Source of the DNA: Octopus bimaculoides
Lineage: Eukaryota
NCBI RefSeq assembly: GCF_001194135.2
Contig: NC_068981.1
Coordinates: 45,971,786-46,035,785, forward strand
DNA: 64,000 nucleotides
Direction of reading: 5' to 3'
Under the pieces are notes generated by a model. The model searched no databases, was not told the DNA's origin, and worked only from the letters and a program-made list of their open reading frames with translations. Made by a program: the position numbers and the translations under genes. This document shows, piece after piece, positions 14,301 through 27,953 of this stretch (position 1 is the first letter of the stretch; each line of letters begins with the position of its first letter).

Positions 14301-15824
14301 TTTTTTTAAGGCAATTAGTTCAAAATACTTCGAACAATTCTTATATCACCGAATAAATGTGCGAATATTGGCATCTACGGAACCTCTTGATTACTGATCA
14401 ACTGAATGGAAGTAATATTTTAATGATAAAAATTATAGAATAGAAATCATTTTGATTGTCCATTCATATCTTTACTCGAGATCTATTTTTAGGATATGTA
14501 TAGCGATTGGATAGCAATTGTCTTTATGATGTGCAAACTTTTTGAGTAGTTTACTGGAATCCCACATGTAAATTTGTCTTTTGCATTTATACTATACACC
14601 GCTACTTTTGATAGCTCTTGCACGTGAAAATATTGAACGTACCCAGCCTGAAGAATATTCGTTTCGTAAATACATCCCATAGTAGGATGTTTCTGTCTAT
14701 CTAAGATGATATCACTGTTCATTTCTTTACATGTTGTGTTGATTCTCTCGCTCAAATATTACATCGCAAATGCATGCTATGTTAGCGGTTAGCAGTATAT
14801 CACACATCTTTCAGATCAGTACAATATTGTAGATATTATACATTTCACCAGCGCCATACCACAATGACGTTCTCTACTTTACGGATACTGAGCTCATCAT
14901 AGGATTATTCCCTACTGAACCAAATGCCTCAACTGATTTTATTGCCTAGACATACAAAGCAACCTACTTATAAAGCAGTCTGATTTACTAGATTATAGTC
15001 TCTGTTTCTAAAAGCTGGATTGTCATGGCTGATAATGTACTTATTTTTCTCCTACTGTTAAAATTCTAATATAACTTCCTAATTGCACGGCCAAAAATAT
15101 ATCTCAGATCATATATATCATCAGTTATATGAGAGAACCACTTGATATGGCACAATTCACGCCTAACAACATTTATTTCACTAATAATTATATAGTCTTA
15201 TACTGAATGGAGAGATATAAATTCAATAGATTAGCATCATGTTCATTATGTGTGTATATAAATTCAGTTGATTTGAACATTGACTCTTTGAGCAATGCCA
15301 ACAAAGCGGGTAAAAAAATGCCTATACTTGCATGAACATTTGTTTGCTTCTCACCGGAATTTCGAAATGTGCTAAGCGGAGGTTCAAATGCGTTACATGA
15401 AATTCGAGTTTTTATTGCCCATAATGGTTGCAATTACCAGTGAAAGTATCAATGAAATTGAGCGTACATAGCAGGAAAAAAAAAAAACGTCAAATGTTAC
15501 CATTGCCATTGGGCGACTGACAACTTGATATCAATAGACTGATACATATCCACACATTTTAGGTATTACTGTAGAGAAAAATATTTGAACGCTATCGTAG
15601 ATGAATCTTCTAGGGTGAACTGGCATTCGGGACACGCGTTGTACTTTGTCTCGTCGGGTGTCCACTATTATTCATTTTGACAAAAGAAGCCTATTATATT
15701 TGTCTCACTCGTCGATGTTGTATCAGCTTGTACCGGCTGTGCTAAGAGACATGAGCAACAGATACATTTTCATTCTCTTGTTAAGAGTGTAATATGAAGG
15801 TATACATTAATATCGGTTTCAAGC

Positions 15825-15920
15825 AGGCAGCGAGCTGGTTGAATCGTTAGCATGACGGGGGCAAAATGCTAAAAGGGATTTTGTCCGTCTTCAGTTTCTG
15901 AGTTAAAATTCCACTGGGTT
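15825..15920 (+). mobile_element. SINE 5-prime fragment (MetaSINE-like family head)
   Basis: aggcagcgagctggttgaatcgttagcatg...aaatgctaaaagggattttgtccgtc...ttctgagttaaaattcc is colinear with the heads at 22047 and 43920. Confidence 0.6.
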
Positions 15921-16029
15921 CCAATTACCCTTTCCTCCATCATTGCTGGTCCGGTGCCAACATTTTGAAATAAAATCGGTTGCAAGTTTCATGTATAAAT
16001 TAATATTGGAATACGAGTTACGACCACTG

Positions 16030-16320
16030 TTAACTCAAACCATTCTGAAGACTGCCTGATCGGTTTTCAGCGTCTGTACTGCTGCAATGTAGAGCGTTAC
16101 GTGCTTGGGGTCAGTGTAAACAGTTCGATCCAAGGCTTTCACACATGAAGGTTCTCATCGTTAGCTTTTGCCGACAGGTTTCACCTGAAGTTCTTGGTAC
16201 ACCGTCTCCGCTGTCTCGATCAACATGTTCATGGCAAAGTTGAAAAGAAACTGTTACTGAGAAGATATAGCAAGTTATAATACACTTTTCTACCTGTACC
16301 ACTCAGATACAATTGATACA
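16030..16320 (-). mobile_element. Decayed RTE-like RT fragment
   Basis: A minus frame reads FLFNFAMNMLIETA, resembling the RTE LSPFLFNFAID motif that follows the QG box. The region is GC-richer than its flanks. Confidence 0.35.
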
Positions 16321-17565
16321 GAGGTGATTCTTATTTGGATGTTGTGATAATAACCCAGAAATAAGTTGCGTGTTATTTATTGTGACGTGGTGTCTTTGGA
16401 GAACTTCCCCTAATAGATTATGCAGCATAGATACGTACGCACTTGTGAAGTTTAACACCTGGACCATCCGATCTCTATTACCTTCATTCGCTAATCTTAT
16501 GATCGGAATGGCTATCTCTTTGTGTTGTAGGTAGCTAGGAGGTTCAACGATTTCAACTTTTCTATGTTATATGTACATGTCTATGTACATGTTTTCTAAG
16601 GGACTATTGCTAGCTGACGGACCAAGTAACGAGGCGGTCGCTTTGAATTCGCCTCCTTCGGGATTCCAAAACCCTCAGTATACCTCCATTGGTTAGCAAC
16701 ACGTCCTTTCCGGCAGATCACTTTCAGTAATTCGACACTTCAACAACGTTTATAGGCAATGTATCTGTTGATTGTAGGATCTTGCACTTGTTGTGAAACG
16801 TCTGCCAGTAACAATTGTTATTTTCCGGCGCACTTTGATTATCTAAACTACTAATGGAGCCAGCAATTCAGACACATGGCGGAACTTGGCACAGTGAGGG
16901 GAGGAGGGCTCACCACGAGGTACTCTTGCACTCTATTTTTGTTAAAGCATTTAAAAATCAAAAATGTAGCATATATAAATAAGGGTGTAAATTGCACCTA
17001 AAATTGCTAGAAATAAGAGCTAGAACATATAACTCGAGTAGCCACATAAAATCACTATCCTCATATGTTTAAGAGACTGCGAGCAGAAAGACATAATATC
17101 TTTCTCCAGCAATATTAAACTCGCTGAAAAAAGTAATTTGATAAGACCTCATTCTATGATTTCGAGATTTAACCGATAAGGTTTCGTTTCTACTCTGGGA
17201 AATCCACAATTTACTCTACGTTAGAGAGATAGCTTGCTTCCCATTAGCTCACGAGTGAAAATAATCATTGAATAGCGAGTGCCAAAATTCAAAACGGTTT
17301 GAGTGTTTATAAGCATGCAATAATATATTATAATGATAAATTAATATATATCAAATACGTTATAATATAGGGGGCTATATATATNNNNNNNNNNNNNNNN
17401 NNNNNNNNNNNNNNNNNNNNNNNNNNNNNNNNNNNNNNNNNNNNNNNNNNNNNNNNNNNNNNNNNNNNNNNNNNNNNNNNNNNNNNNNNNNNNNNNNNNN
17501 NNNNNNNNNNNNNNNNNNNNNNNNNNNNNNNNNNNNNNNNNNNNNNNNNNNNNNNNNNNNNNNNN

Positions 17566-17599
<34 letters not shown>

Positions 17600-17668
17600 G
17601 TGCAAATTAGTACATTGCTTACTACGTTTATATATAAATGTATATAAACATTTATGAGTGTGCATGTA

Positions 17669-17703
<35 letters not shown>

Positions 17704-18734
17704 TATACATGTATATCTGCATGTTTATGTACGTCAGTATGTGTAGATATATATTGTATGCCTGCTGTATGAGTGTGTATGTCATGAAATATAGAAACAC
17801 AGTTTGTAATTTTAATACTTTGTAACATAACCTTGCACATGCTACTGGTTATTCTCTTCTATATTGCATATTAATTACAGATGATATTCGAACATATTCT
17901 AAATATCTCTTATGTGTTGAATAACAAATGTTGAGTTCCAAACTTGTACCAGAATGAGATAGGATCTTCTCTCTCTGAATTATATTATTAGCTTGCATCT
18001 AGTCAGTGAATCACAAGCGAACGATTTTATAGACGGTAATTTTAATCTAACTTTAATTACTGCTGTGACATTTTAATTTTCATTAGAATCCCCATGATAA
18101 TTAACACAGCTAAATCAGTCAAAAGCGAAACGATAATTTGAACAAATGAAAATTAATCAGAAATGTAAAACGGAAATAATGTATAAAAGTAATATATAAC
18201 ATTGTAGAAATCTGCGTGTGTGTATGTGTGTGTGCGCGCGCTTTCTAATTTAACGTGTAATACTTCACATACGAACCATAGAAATATTTGTATTGGTATA
18301 TATTATATGGATGTAACAGCTGCTTCTGCTTATGTAGAATCATAAAATTCAATGTCTACTGATGTTATGTATTACTTAAATTTTATAACACATTCATTCT
18401 TAAGGATCCAATTAGAAGACATAGACTTACAGGCGTGTATTTATTCGACATATTAAAGACTCAATACATTATTTATCGGAGAGAGGGGATAAAGTCAGCT
18501 TTGCATATACAAAATAAACTCTGTTCTTGCTGTCTTTGTAACAGAATTCAAAATTATCATGTATAAATTAAGCCTCGGATCAAATGAATGAATATTCCTT
18601 TATTAAATTTTGAAACATACTTTAACGGAAACAAATAATGTCTCGTCAGCAACTAAGGTCGATGGAAAACACTTTCAACACGAAAAGCTTTTGGATCCAT
18701 GAAGCAGAGAAGGTCGGCGCTGTCAGCAGTTTCA

Positions 18735-18880
18735 TCAGCATCATCATTATCATCCTCAAAATCATCATTGTCATTGTTGGCGCCGTCGTCATCATTATAA
18801 TCATCATAATCTTCGTAGTCGCCATCATTGTTGTCGACGTTGGCGTCATCATCATCATCATCATTATATTATTATGATGG
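18735..18880. repeat. Degenerate (ATC)n trinucleotide repeat
   Basis: atcatcattatcatc... tandem; source of the poly-I and poly-M pseudo-ORFs. Confidence 0.9.
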
Positions 18881-19344
18881 TCTCCTTAAAATCTGATCGT
18901 TTAACTGATCCGTTATTAAGACGTATATTCAACTAGTACTTTCTGCCGAGTAGTTGCTGTTCACGAAAGCGTATCTGTAACCAGCCAACAACTTTTGAAA
19001 AGTCTTCACCCTTCCTAACAGGCATGTTAATTGCTTGCATTCTATGTGCTTCTGTGCACATAGAATAGAATAGAATCGTTTCTGTGCAGACCGTGATCCT
19101 CTTACAAAGGATCCTAAGTCCCCAATGGCGATTGGCATGACCGGATAATTTTGCATACCCATAATCTGATCATCTCTCTCCCTCTTTTCAGACCATGGTA
19201 CATATCTACCTTGTAGAGATCTGCTTCTTCTATTCATGCATCAAATTCACAGTGGACATCAATTACGTAGGAAGTCCGTTCCCTCTTCTGAAACGCTAAG
19301 ATATCATGTTTATTTAAATGCTATGATCCCTCCGGATATAATAA

Positions 19345-20259
19345 TAATTATTATTATCATTCAGTAGTCTTATTTTTATTACGTGCTTTCACTGCACTTC
19401 TGAGTGTAGCTCTATGTGATGTGGGTTGTTGTGATGCTCTTTATGTGACTGTATTGAAAGCATTATACGTAGGATATGTAAGGCGTCTTGTAGTCCCATG
19501 TTCTGTATGTTATATAGATTTGTTTGTCCTGGTGTTTTTGTTACATGTTTGTCTGAATATTGTTTTATCATAACTAATGCGCCCACTCTGACATGAATTG
19601 TTTCTGTTTTTAGGCTCCACATTCGAGTTACCTCTATTTCCAGATCTTTGTATTTTGAAAGTTTCTCCATTTCTTTCAGAGAAACGTTGTCATCTGTTGA
19701 TATTGTGAACATATTTCTTCATAGCCAGGGCTGAACAGCCTGAGACGATATGGTTTATTGTTTTGTGTCCATCTCCCCATATTCTTCAGATATTGTCATT
19801 TTCTTTTCATAATGTGTTTTTGGTACTTTCTGGTGGGGAGGCTTTGGTCTTGTACTGGAATTAAAAGTCCTTCAGTCTCTGCTTTGCGTCTTGTGCTTCT
19901 CGGCCATTGTTGGGATTTTGCTTTATCTATTTCTTTTCTGTTTAATTTAACCCAGTAATTGCCATAAAGCGGCTTTTGTTACCATCGATTTATCATGATT
20001 CGTTGCTGTTCCAGTTATAGCTTGGATTTCAGTTGTTTTACTGCTTTTGTTGTTTCTTCTTTTTTTTCATAGTTGTTAGGTAGTATGACTTCTTTGTGGT
20101 AGCTGACAGCTTCCTTAAAGACTGAAAACAAATTTTTCTTTTGTTCGTGATTTCTGGTTATCTATATTAGTTTTCCTTCCTTCTGAAGTAGATATTTCTG
20201 TAGTCGTATGATGGTTATTCAGTAATAGCGGTATAACGCCTCCACCACCTTCGATACGT

Positions 20260-20316
<57 letters not shown>

Positions 20317-21770
20317 CCCGTGTCAGATCTTGGATGGTGCATCCTACATCCTGTCATAATTTTTCTTGTTTTCCTGTCTCTTTAGATTAGCTCATTTTGC
20401 GTCCAGTTAAAGATATTGTAGCTGTAACTTATAACTGGGACGACTAGAGTGTTGATACCTATTCTCTTTTTTTTCTTTTTTTTTTGGCATTGAGTTCTAT
20501 CATCATTAATCTAGCTCCTCTATAGTATTCTTTCATTTCCGTGTGTTGTATCGTATCTCGTTCATGATCCCTAAGTATTTGTATCTCTGACTTTGTTCTA
20601 AAACTCTTATTTCATTTGCTTTATCTTGTGTGAGGTTGCTACTCTCAACTAGTTTTCCTCGTTTCAAGGTTGCTTTAGCACATTTTTCCAAGCCAAATTT
20701 CATGATTATATCTTTGGTAAATCCATGTACTGTCTGTAGAAGAGTTTCCAACTGTTTATCATTTGTAGCGTACAGTTTTATGTCATCCATATAGAAGAGG
20801 TGGCAGACTGTTTTGCCGTAACAATTGTATCTACATCAAGTTCTGTTTAGCATGTCAGTTAAAGGTGTCAATGCCAAGCAGAAAAGCAGTGAAGAGAGCG
20901 TGTCTCCCTGAAATATTCCTCTTCTAATGGGGATGGTTTGTTTTTTATGAGTCTCTCATTTGTCTGGAACTGTAGCACTGTGCCATTTATTCATGGAATG
21001 TGTTATATAATTTATGATTATTGGTGCTACCTTGTTTGTGGCTAGTGTTTCTAGGATCCATGTGTGGGGAACACTACCAAAACCTTTTCGGTAATCGATC
21101 CAGGCCATTCTTAGACCCTTCTTTCATCTGCGGCTGTCTTAAGTAATGACTTTATTGATCATTAGCTGAAGTTTGCAGTCGTATGAGCCCGTCCAGTATC
21201 CCTTTAGCTCTTCTGGAAACAGGTTGTTTTCTGCCAGATGCTTCCTCATTTTCTGCGATATTGTTGCAGTGAAGGCTTTGTAAATTGGAGGTAGACAAGT
21301 TATTGGTTTCTAATTTTGTGGGTCTGCCGTTTCAGTGGATTTGGGAATTAGGATAGACTTCCCTTCCTTGAGCCATTCAGGCATTGTCACTTGCTCTGTT
21401 AGTATGTCCTTAATTTTCTCTGCCAGCTGTTTATGTGTTCATGTCAGATATTTTGACCAGAGGTTAGTGATATTATCGTGCCAGCGTGCCTTCTAGTTGC
21501 ATATATTTTCCAGTCCCTGGTCGACGTTTTCTTTTGTTATAGGAGTCCAGAGTTGTTCAGGTGCGGAGCACGTAGATCTTTTCTGAGGTGGTTGACTGTA
21601 TTTGTTTCCAAAATTCTTCAAGTTCTTCTGCTATTGATGCTGCATTGGTATCTGTTTTAATTTTGCCACGTTCTTGGTAGAATGATTTGTGTTTTGAGTT
21701 GAACTGCTTATTTTGTTGAAAGAAACGTTGGCGTTTCTAATACCGACTGGATGTTTTGAAAAGAATTTGA
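19345..21770 (-). mobile_element. R4/Dong-clade non-LTR retrotransposon relic (RT plus restriction-like endonuclease), 5-prime truncated, internally deleted
   Basis: Minus-strand translation gives MPEWLKEGKSILIPK, KPITCLPPIYK, MAWIDYRKGFGSVPHTWI, GIFQGDTLSSLLFCLALTPL, YMDDIKLY and MKFGLEKCA. The RLE tail reads EKLSKYKDLEIEVTRMWSLKTE...VGAL, and a (TAA)n-like tail follows near 19345-19375. Stops, frameshifts and a (TA)n insertion at about 20261-20314 are present. Confidence 0.88.
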
Positions 21771-21844
21771 CAAGATCAGTAAATATAAAGACTTGCTAAT
21801 AGAAATTGAAAAAAAATGTGGCACTCCAAGGCGACTACCGTACC

Positions 21845-21990
21845 GGATTTCGCTGAGGTCGACTTTGCGTTTCATCCTTTCGGGGTTCATAAATGAAATA
21901 CTAGTTGCGTACTGGAGTCGATCTAATCGACTGGCCTCTCCCCACCAAATATCAGAAGTTGTGCCTGTTGTAGAAAGGGTTATTATTATT
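21845..21990 (+). mobile_element. SINE (MetaSINE-like core), inserted at the 5-prime break of the R4/Dong relic
   Basis: gaggtcgactttgcgtttcatcctttcggggttcataaatgaaatactagttgcgtactggagtcgatctaatcgactggcctctcccc...gtgcctgttgtagaaagggttattattatt. Confidence 0.85.
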
Positions 21991-22046
21991 ATCGAAGTTG
22001 TTGGTTATGGTGATGTTGGTGTTGGTGTTGTTGTTGATGCTGCTGT

Positions 22047-22240
22047 AAAGGCAATGAGCTGCCAGTATCGTTCGCATGCCGCGTTAAATACTTCAGCCGC
22101 TACGTTCCGTCTTCAAATTCTGCCTTCGTCAATTCAAGGTCGATAAATTATGTACCAGTCCATAAATTAAGCACAGGGTCGACGTACTCGACGAGCCCGT
22201 TCTCCCAGATTTTGAGGCTTTGTGCCTTTAGTAGAATATA
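22047..22240 (+). mobile_element. SINE (MetaSINE-like family), second tandem copy
   Basis: Head aaggcaatgagctgccagtatcgtt, core aggtcgataaattatgtaccag, tail gaggctttgtgcctttagtagaa. Confidence 0.7.
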
Positions 22241-23831
22241 CTATTGTTGTTGGTGTTGCTCTTAGTATTGCTGAAAGATATAAATTTAACCGAAATATAG
22301 ACAAGTTTCATAATTGCGTCCTTGTATCCAAATCAGTAGAAGAGGGTTGTTTGAGCACATGTGAAAAAATTGAAGCATATGTGAAAAAATGTTTGTTATT
22401 GTCTTCACAAACAAAAAAATAAAATTGATTCTCCAGGCATATTTAACATTATTATGATCACTCGTATATTTCGAGCCCAGGCTTGTTTGATTACTAACTG
22501 CATCTAAAATTATGTACCGAAACATGAACATTATATCGTAAAACGGTCATTTTACTTCTTGAATAACAAATTTTTACATTTTTTCCCGTTTCCTAGTAGT
22601 AATGTTTTCAATAAGCTTACACAGTTTTCCGTTATGCTTTAGCGACTTTTTCTGTAGTAAAATTCCACTCCACCTATTCAGTATCAGTCACATGCATACA
22701 TAGATTATTTATTTCTGTTGTTTTAATTTCCTCTTTAATTAAATGCTTGGGTGTTTTTAATGTCAGTTCGATCTGTTATGTCTTTATATTTTTATTCAGT
22801 AGTTCAGTAGACCTTTTAATATAAGTATAAAATTTAAACTTTAGAATTGTCGGTATATTTTCGATTTGAGATCAAATTATTCTCGAATTACTTGTATGGC
22901 ATTATGATATGCTAGCTGCAATGTTTAGCTATTTACATACTTATTTGTTATCATTGATAGCATTTAATTTCGAAGAATAAAATTGTATTCTATTAACACT
23001 GATTAAATTAAGATCATGCTTAGAAAACCGGACATTGATGTATATATAAAAGAATTGCATTTAAAATGAAACTGATGCTGCATAATCACAAACTTAAATG
23101 ATAATGTAATTTAGAACATAATCGTAAGTATGTAAGAAAAACAAAACTGTAAATAAATGATGGTTTTCATGAGATTCAGAACTGTATTTTAAAAATTAAT
23201 CTAGATGTGCGTCTAAAAATATTTGTGTTAAATACTAGTCAGCGGTATTTTGAGAAATGAAATGAGTTTAACAATCCTGTGCATTTGTGTGAATGTGTAT
23301 ATGTTAGTGTGTGTATGTATATATGTATGTGTGTGTGTATAATATATAAGTTCAAATTAAAGTTTTGAGTATGTTTCTTATACCCGTAGGCTTCTGTCGT
23401 CTTCCACAGTAATTACACTATTGTTGTTGGAAATACCCCAGGAACTCCTCAGTATGTAGCGTAGAAAACAAGCGATAAAGTAGGAGAGTGGGATACAGGG
23501 GAAACGTGATAGCGACAACGATCGTTTCCATACATCCTGCCTGATTCCCTCACGGTTCAGACATACGGATACTAAAAACATACTGTATGAAATCCGAGAA
23601 CAAGAGGGCTACTTTAATGATATATCTATTATTACATCAACTGAGGAGTTGCCTCTGCTGCGCATTCATCATGTGTTGCAAATCTTTTTGGTGACATGTT
23701 AACAGGTCTCAATCTTCTGCACATAAGAAGTCATCGATGTGAGAATGAAACATTTTACTTTTGGCATAATCTCTTTTGAAATTGAAACTTTTTCTCCTTT
23801 TCCAATATTTAATATATATGTATATATGTAG

Positions 23832-23834
<3 letters not shown>

Positions 23835-23922
<88 letters not shown>

Positions 23923-23925
23923 TGT
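23835..23925. repeat. (TG)n microsatellite
   Basis: Direct dinucleotide tandem. Confidence 0.95.
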
Positions 23926-24727
23926 GTGTGGCTGTACATATATACTTTTAAAATCATTAGATTGCAGCTATGCTCAGTCACGGAAGAGATACGAGTGAAA
24001 TAAATATACTCGAGTGCATATTTTCTATGATATATTTTCGATCGGCTCATTTTGCCAAAACGCAAAAATTATGGGGAGGTAACACGGGTTGCGATGTGGT
24101 GACGTATCAATTACCCACGTACTCACACACAAGCATACATGCACAAACACACACACACACACGTACATACATGCACACACCCCGTGTTTGTGTGCGCGCC
24201 TGTATGTACATATATTTTGCATGGATATACATGTGTGTTCATATTCATATATATATACATTTATACGTAGCCAGAGCAAAAATATGGGAGATAACAGTTG
24301 TTTCCCGCAAATATGTATATTTATTTGTCCTGCACTAACGTATATATATATATATGTGTGTGTGTGTGTTTGTTTGTGCGTGCTTGCGTACGTGTGTGTG
24401 TGTTGTGTGTGTGTGTGCGTTCGTGCGTACGCACGTACGTGTATGTGTGCGGGTTTGTGTATGCTTATAAACCAACAGATGCATCGTCCTTTATAGGACT
24501 GCCACATTCTGTTGGCATTTAAACATTAGTATCCAGTACTCTTACATATAAAATTCAGTCAAAAATAACACGTTATACGTTATGAATCACATTTATATCC
24601 TCTGTAAAAATGTTGACCGTCGCATCGATTCGTCAATGTACATGTGAAAGATACCACAAAAATCTTCTTTGTATGAAACTTGAAAAAAAATTAACTTACG
24701 TTTGTGCGCCTGTGTATGTGCGTGTGT

Positions 24728-24766
<39 letters not shown>

Positions 24767-25366
24767 NNNNNNNNNNTGTGTGTGCGTGTGTGTGTGTGTG
24801 TGTGCGCGTGAGCATAAAGCAGAAATCAGATGGCTGCAATCGACGGTGTTCTCTTCAGAGAAACACTGATTTTTAAGTCCAAATTTAATGGAATTATCTT
24901 TAGGAATCGTGGTTAGTTTTAATAGCTCTATTACTCATGTCCTAATTTATTTAAATAAGTACACACTCTAGCTTATCTAATAGTATATATATGTATCTCA
25001 GGCAACTAAGAAAATTGATGATGTCGTGAACCTAAGGAAAGTCTTAAGGCAACAAGTAGACTGAAGACTAATAAGGGGCAATTTGAATGCACGCATAGTA
25101 GAAGTATATTAGCTCCCTTACACACTACAGACACGATATGCATGATCTACAACAATTGGAGATTCAGGTTCTCCTCCAGTGCAAGATAGAGCATCAATTA
25201 AAAGGAATGATGCACATATACATGAGCATATCTGCGAAGCATATATCTTCTAGGATATTAACTGAGTCCGTAAAAGGAGCCTTTAGCGGTCACTGCACAG
25301 TACACTCTCATTTTCTCTCACTATCTCCACGCACACACATACACATACACAAATATACACACACAC

Positions 25367-25401
<35 letters not shown>

Positions 25402-25621
25402 TATATNNNNNNNNNNNNNNNNNNNNNNNNNNNNNNNNNNNNNNNNNNNNNNNNNNNNNNNNNNNNNNNNNNNNNNNNNNNNNNNNNNNNNNNNNNNNNN
25501 NNNNNNNNNNNNNNNNNNNNNNNNNNNNNNNNNNNNNNNNNNNNNNNNNNNNNNNNNNNNNNNNNNNNNNNNNNNNNNNNNNNNNNNNNNNNNNNNNNNN
25601 NNNNNNNNNNNNNTATATATG

Positions 25622-25663
<42 letters not shown>

Positions 25664-25964
25664 TATTCATATATATAGCTGAGATAATATTCGATTAAGT
25701 AACCATAAGATTGATTTGTTATTAGTCTTTATTTCGACTAATCGTACTACTGTCCAATATGGTTGGGACCCCGTGCATTACGTTGTGTTGCCTCCATTTT
25801 GCAGTCTGGGTTATATCAGGTGCATCCATACATAAAGTATTGCTAAATATCCTGCCTTCGGGCGTCATGTTTTTATACGCCCATCGCGTTAGGGTACAAT
25901 AGTTTTCTTCAGCTGATATTCGAACCGTAGCAAACAACTGACTCTGAAGAAGCTGCCATGACAA

Positions 25965-26037
25965 TTAAAACAAAGATGTACGTGTAAAATTGCGCATAGG
26001 ACGCAGTGGAAACCTATGTAGGTCCAAGGGGATAATG
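25965..26037 (-). CDS. Candidate terminal coding exon of the tentative minus-strand gene (IIPLDLHRFPLRPMRNFTRTSLF*)
   Basis: Acceptor tatttttttatccatttatatacag at 26038+. The phase-2 start matches the phase-2 end of 27439-27540. No homology confirmed. Confidence 0.22.
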
Positions 26038-26330
26038 CTGTATATAAATGGATAAAAAAATATGGATATGTAAATCTCCTTTCTCGTGATCTTTATTAAT
26101 TTCATTATTTTTCCCAACGGAAAATATGTAGACCCAATAAAGGACATTCGGATTTACCAAGCGGGGATAATGACCGAGTCTATTTAATCATCAATAACGC
26201 GAGTATCACCAACTTTCGCTGTAGCCAACCGGCATTTAGAATCAACCTAATAGCTATAATGTAACTGCTACGAGTAGATATCCCTTAAATGCATTTTGGA
26301 AAAATTACTTTGTGTCTATATATATATATA

Positions 26331-26740
26331 TATTTATTTATATTTATATAAGGGCATTACTATATAATAAGGCCTTACGCCATGAGGGACTCTAAGGTCA
26401 GACTACTATAAAAAAGCACATTTTTACCGAATGCAGGGAAATAGCGATGAACAGTCGTCTATATGCTATGCTGGATACATGGTCTTCGTTTGGTATGTTG
26501 ATTCACTGTTTATTTCTATTTTTCTGGACCATATTATACTGACGAGTTGTATAATACTACAATAACTACGAAATAATGATCTATAATTTAGTTCGTATTT
26601 TTAAGGGGTTGGGTTTGAGAGTTGCATTTCCTCGCATTCGGTAAAAATGTGCTTTTTTATAGTAGTCTGACCTTAGAGTCCCTCATGGCGTGAGGCGTTA
26701 TTATATAGTAATACCCTTATATAAATATAAATATATATTT
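26331..26740. mobile_element. Unclassified MITE/foldback element with about 100-bp terminal inverted repeats
   Basis: The left arm 26341-26442 (tatttatataagggcattactatataataaggccttacgccatgagggactctaaggtcagactactataaaaaagcacatttttaccgaatgc) is the near-perfect reverse complement of 26626-26727, with about 5 mismatches. The interior of about 180 bp is non-coding. Confidence 0.85.
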
Positions 26741-27056
26741 CGGGAATAAATGATGGATTTTTTCCCTTATGAGTTTTTTTTCACGCTAGCTACTTGATAA
26801 ATTCTTGTAAAAGAATTCGTCCTATTATTGAATTGTATATATATATATATATATACATTGCCTGATGGAAGTATCGAAACTTCAAATAATGTGACTTTGA
26901 GTATGAGGATGTCAAGATTTCCATCTTTAAATTAACTGCAGAAGGATCTATTCTAGTCTACGATATTTGAGTTGTGCTTTATTTCTATCCTTCCTCCTTT
27001 GCTCTGCACTGTTTGCTCTCATATACATACATATACATATGCATAGATATGTATAA

Positions 27057-27106
<50 letters not shown>

Positions 27107-27438
27107 ATGTATNNNNNNNNNNATATATATATATATATATATGCATACTCACATACGCACACACACACACACACATATATATATACACATATACACATGT
27201 ATACCTGTGTATGGATGTTGGTTGGCATATATGAGTGTATATTTACTCACACACAAGTATAGAGAGAAACACAGTCACATACATCGGCACATAGTTTAAA
27301 ATACGTTTTCTTTGTCTTTTAACTTTTATATCACCGACATATTAAAGAGATTTTTAGAATTTCTGGAAACTTCATGCTGTAATTTTGGTTTGCGCTTTAA
27401 CGATACACATTTACATTACTAGCCAACACTACACTTAC

Positions 27439-27540
27439 GAATTAGGCAGCTGTCCAAAATCTACAATTCCCTCATTATCTACTAATAGATAACAGTCTTT
27501 ATGTTCAAATAAGAAAAGTGACGAGGTTCTTGCATAGAAA
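27439..27540 (-). CDS. Candidate internal coding exon, 102 nt, phase 2-2 (FYARTSSLFLFEHKDCYLLVDNEGIVDFGQLPN)
   Basis: Strong acceptor tattatcttctgcag (27541+) and consensus donor gtaagt (27433-27438). Exactly one frame is open across the whole segment, the length is a multiple of 3, the peptide is protein-like, and it is not in a recognisable repeat. Confidence 0.45.
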
Positions 27541-27922
27541 CTGCAGAAGATAATACCATCGTGAGTTTCGAATTAAATAAAAATCAGCCAGTCACAATGA
27601 AACAATTACAGCCTCTTATCTTCATTATGAATGACCATATATTTTATCATTTTATTAATAATATTCAAGATGGTAGTATTATACGGCGCATTAACATATG
27701 GCAACAGGCATTAATATTCGACAACTTTGTTTAATGCCTTTGCCAAATATACGAAAGCAACCAATTAGACAGAGGCTATTAAACACGTGCCTGTATCCAA
27801 ACTAAGCAATCAGTACACTGAAATCAGCCAACTGTAAAGCATGTACATATGTGTGTGCTTGAGAATGTGTATCTGAATATATGTATTTATTTAAATGTGT
27901 GTTTGCCTACACACACACACAT

Positions 27923-27953
<31 letters not shown>

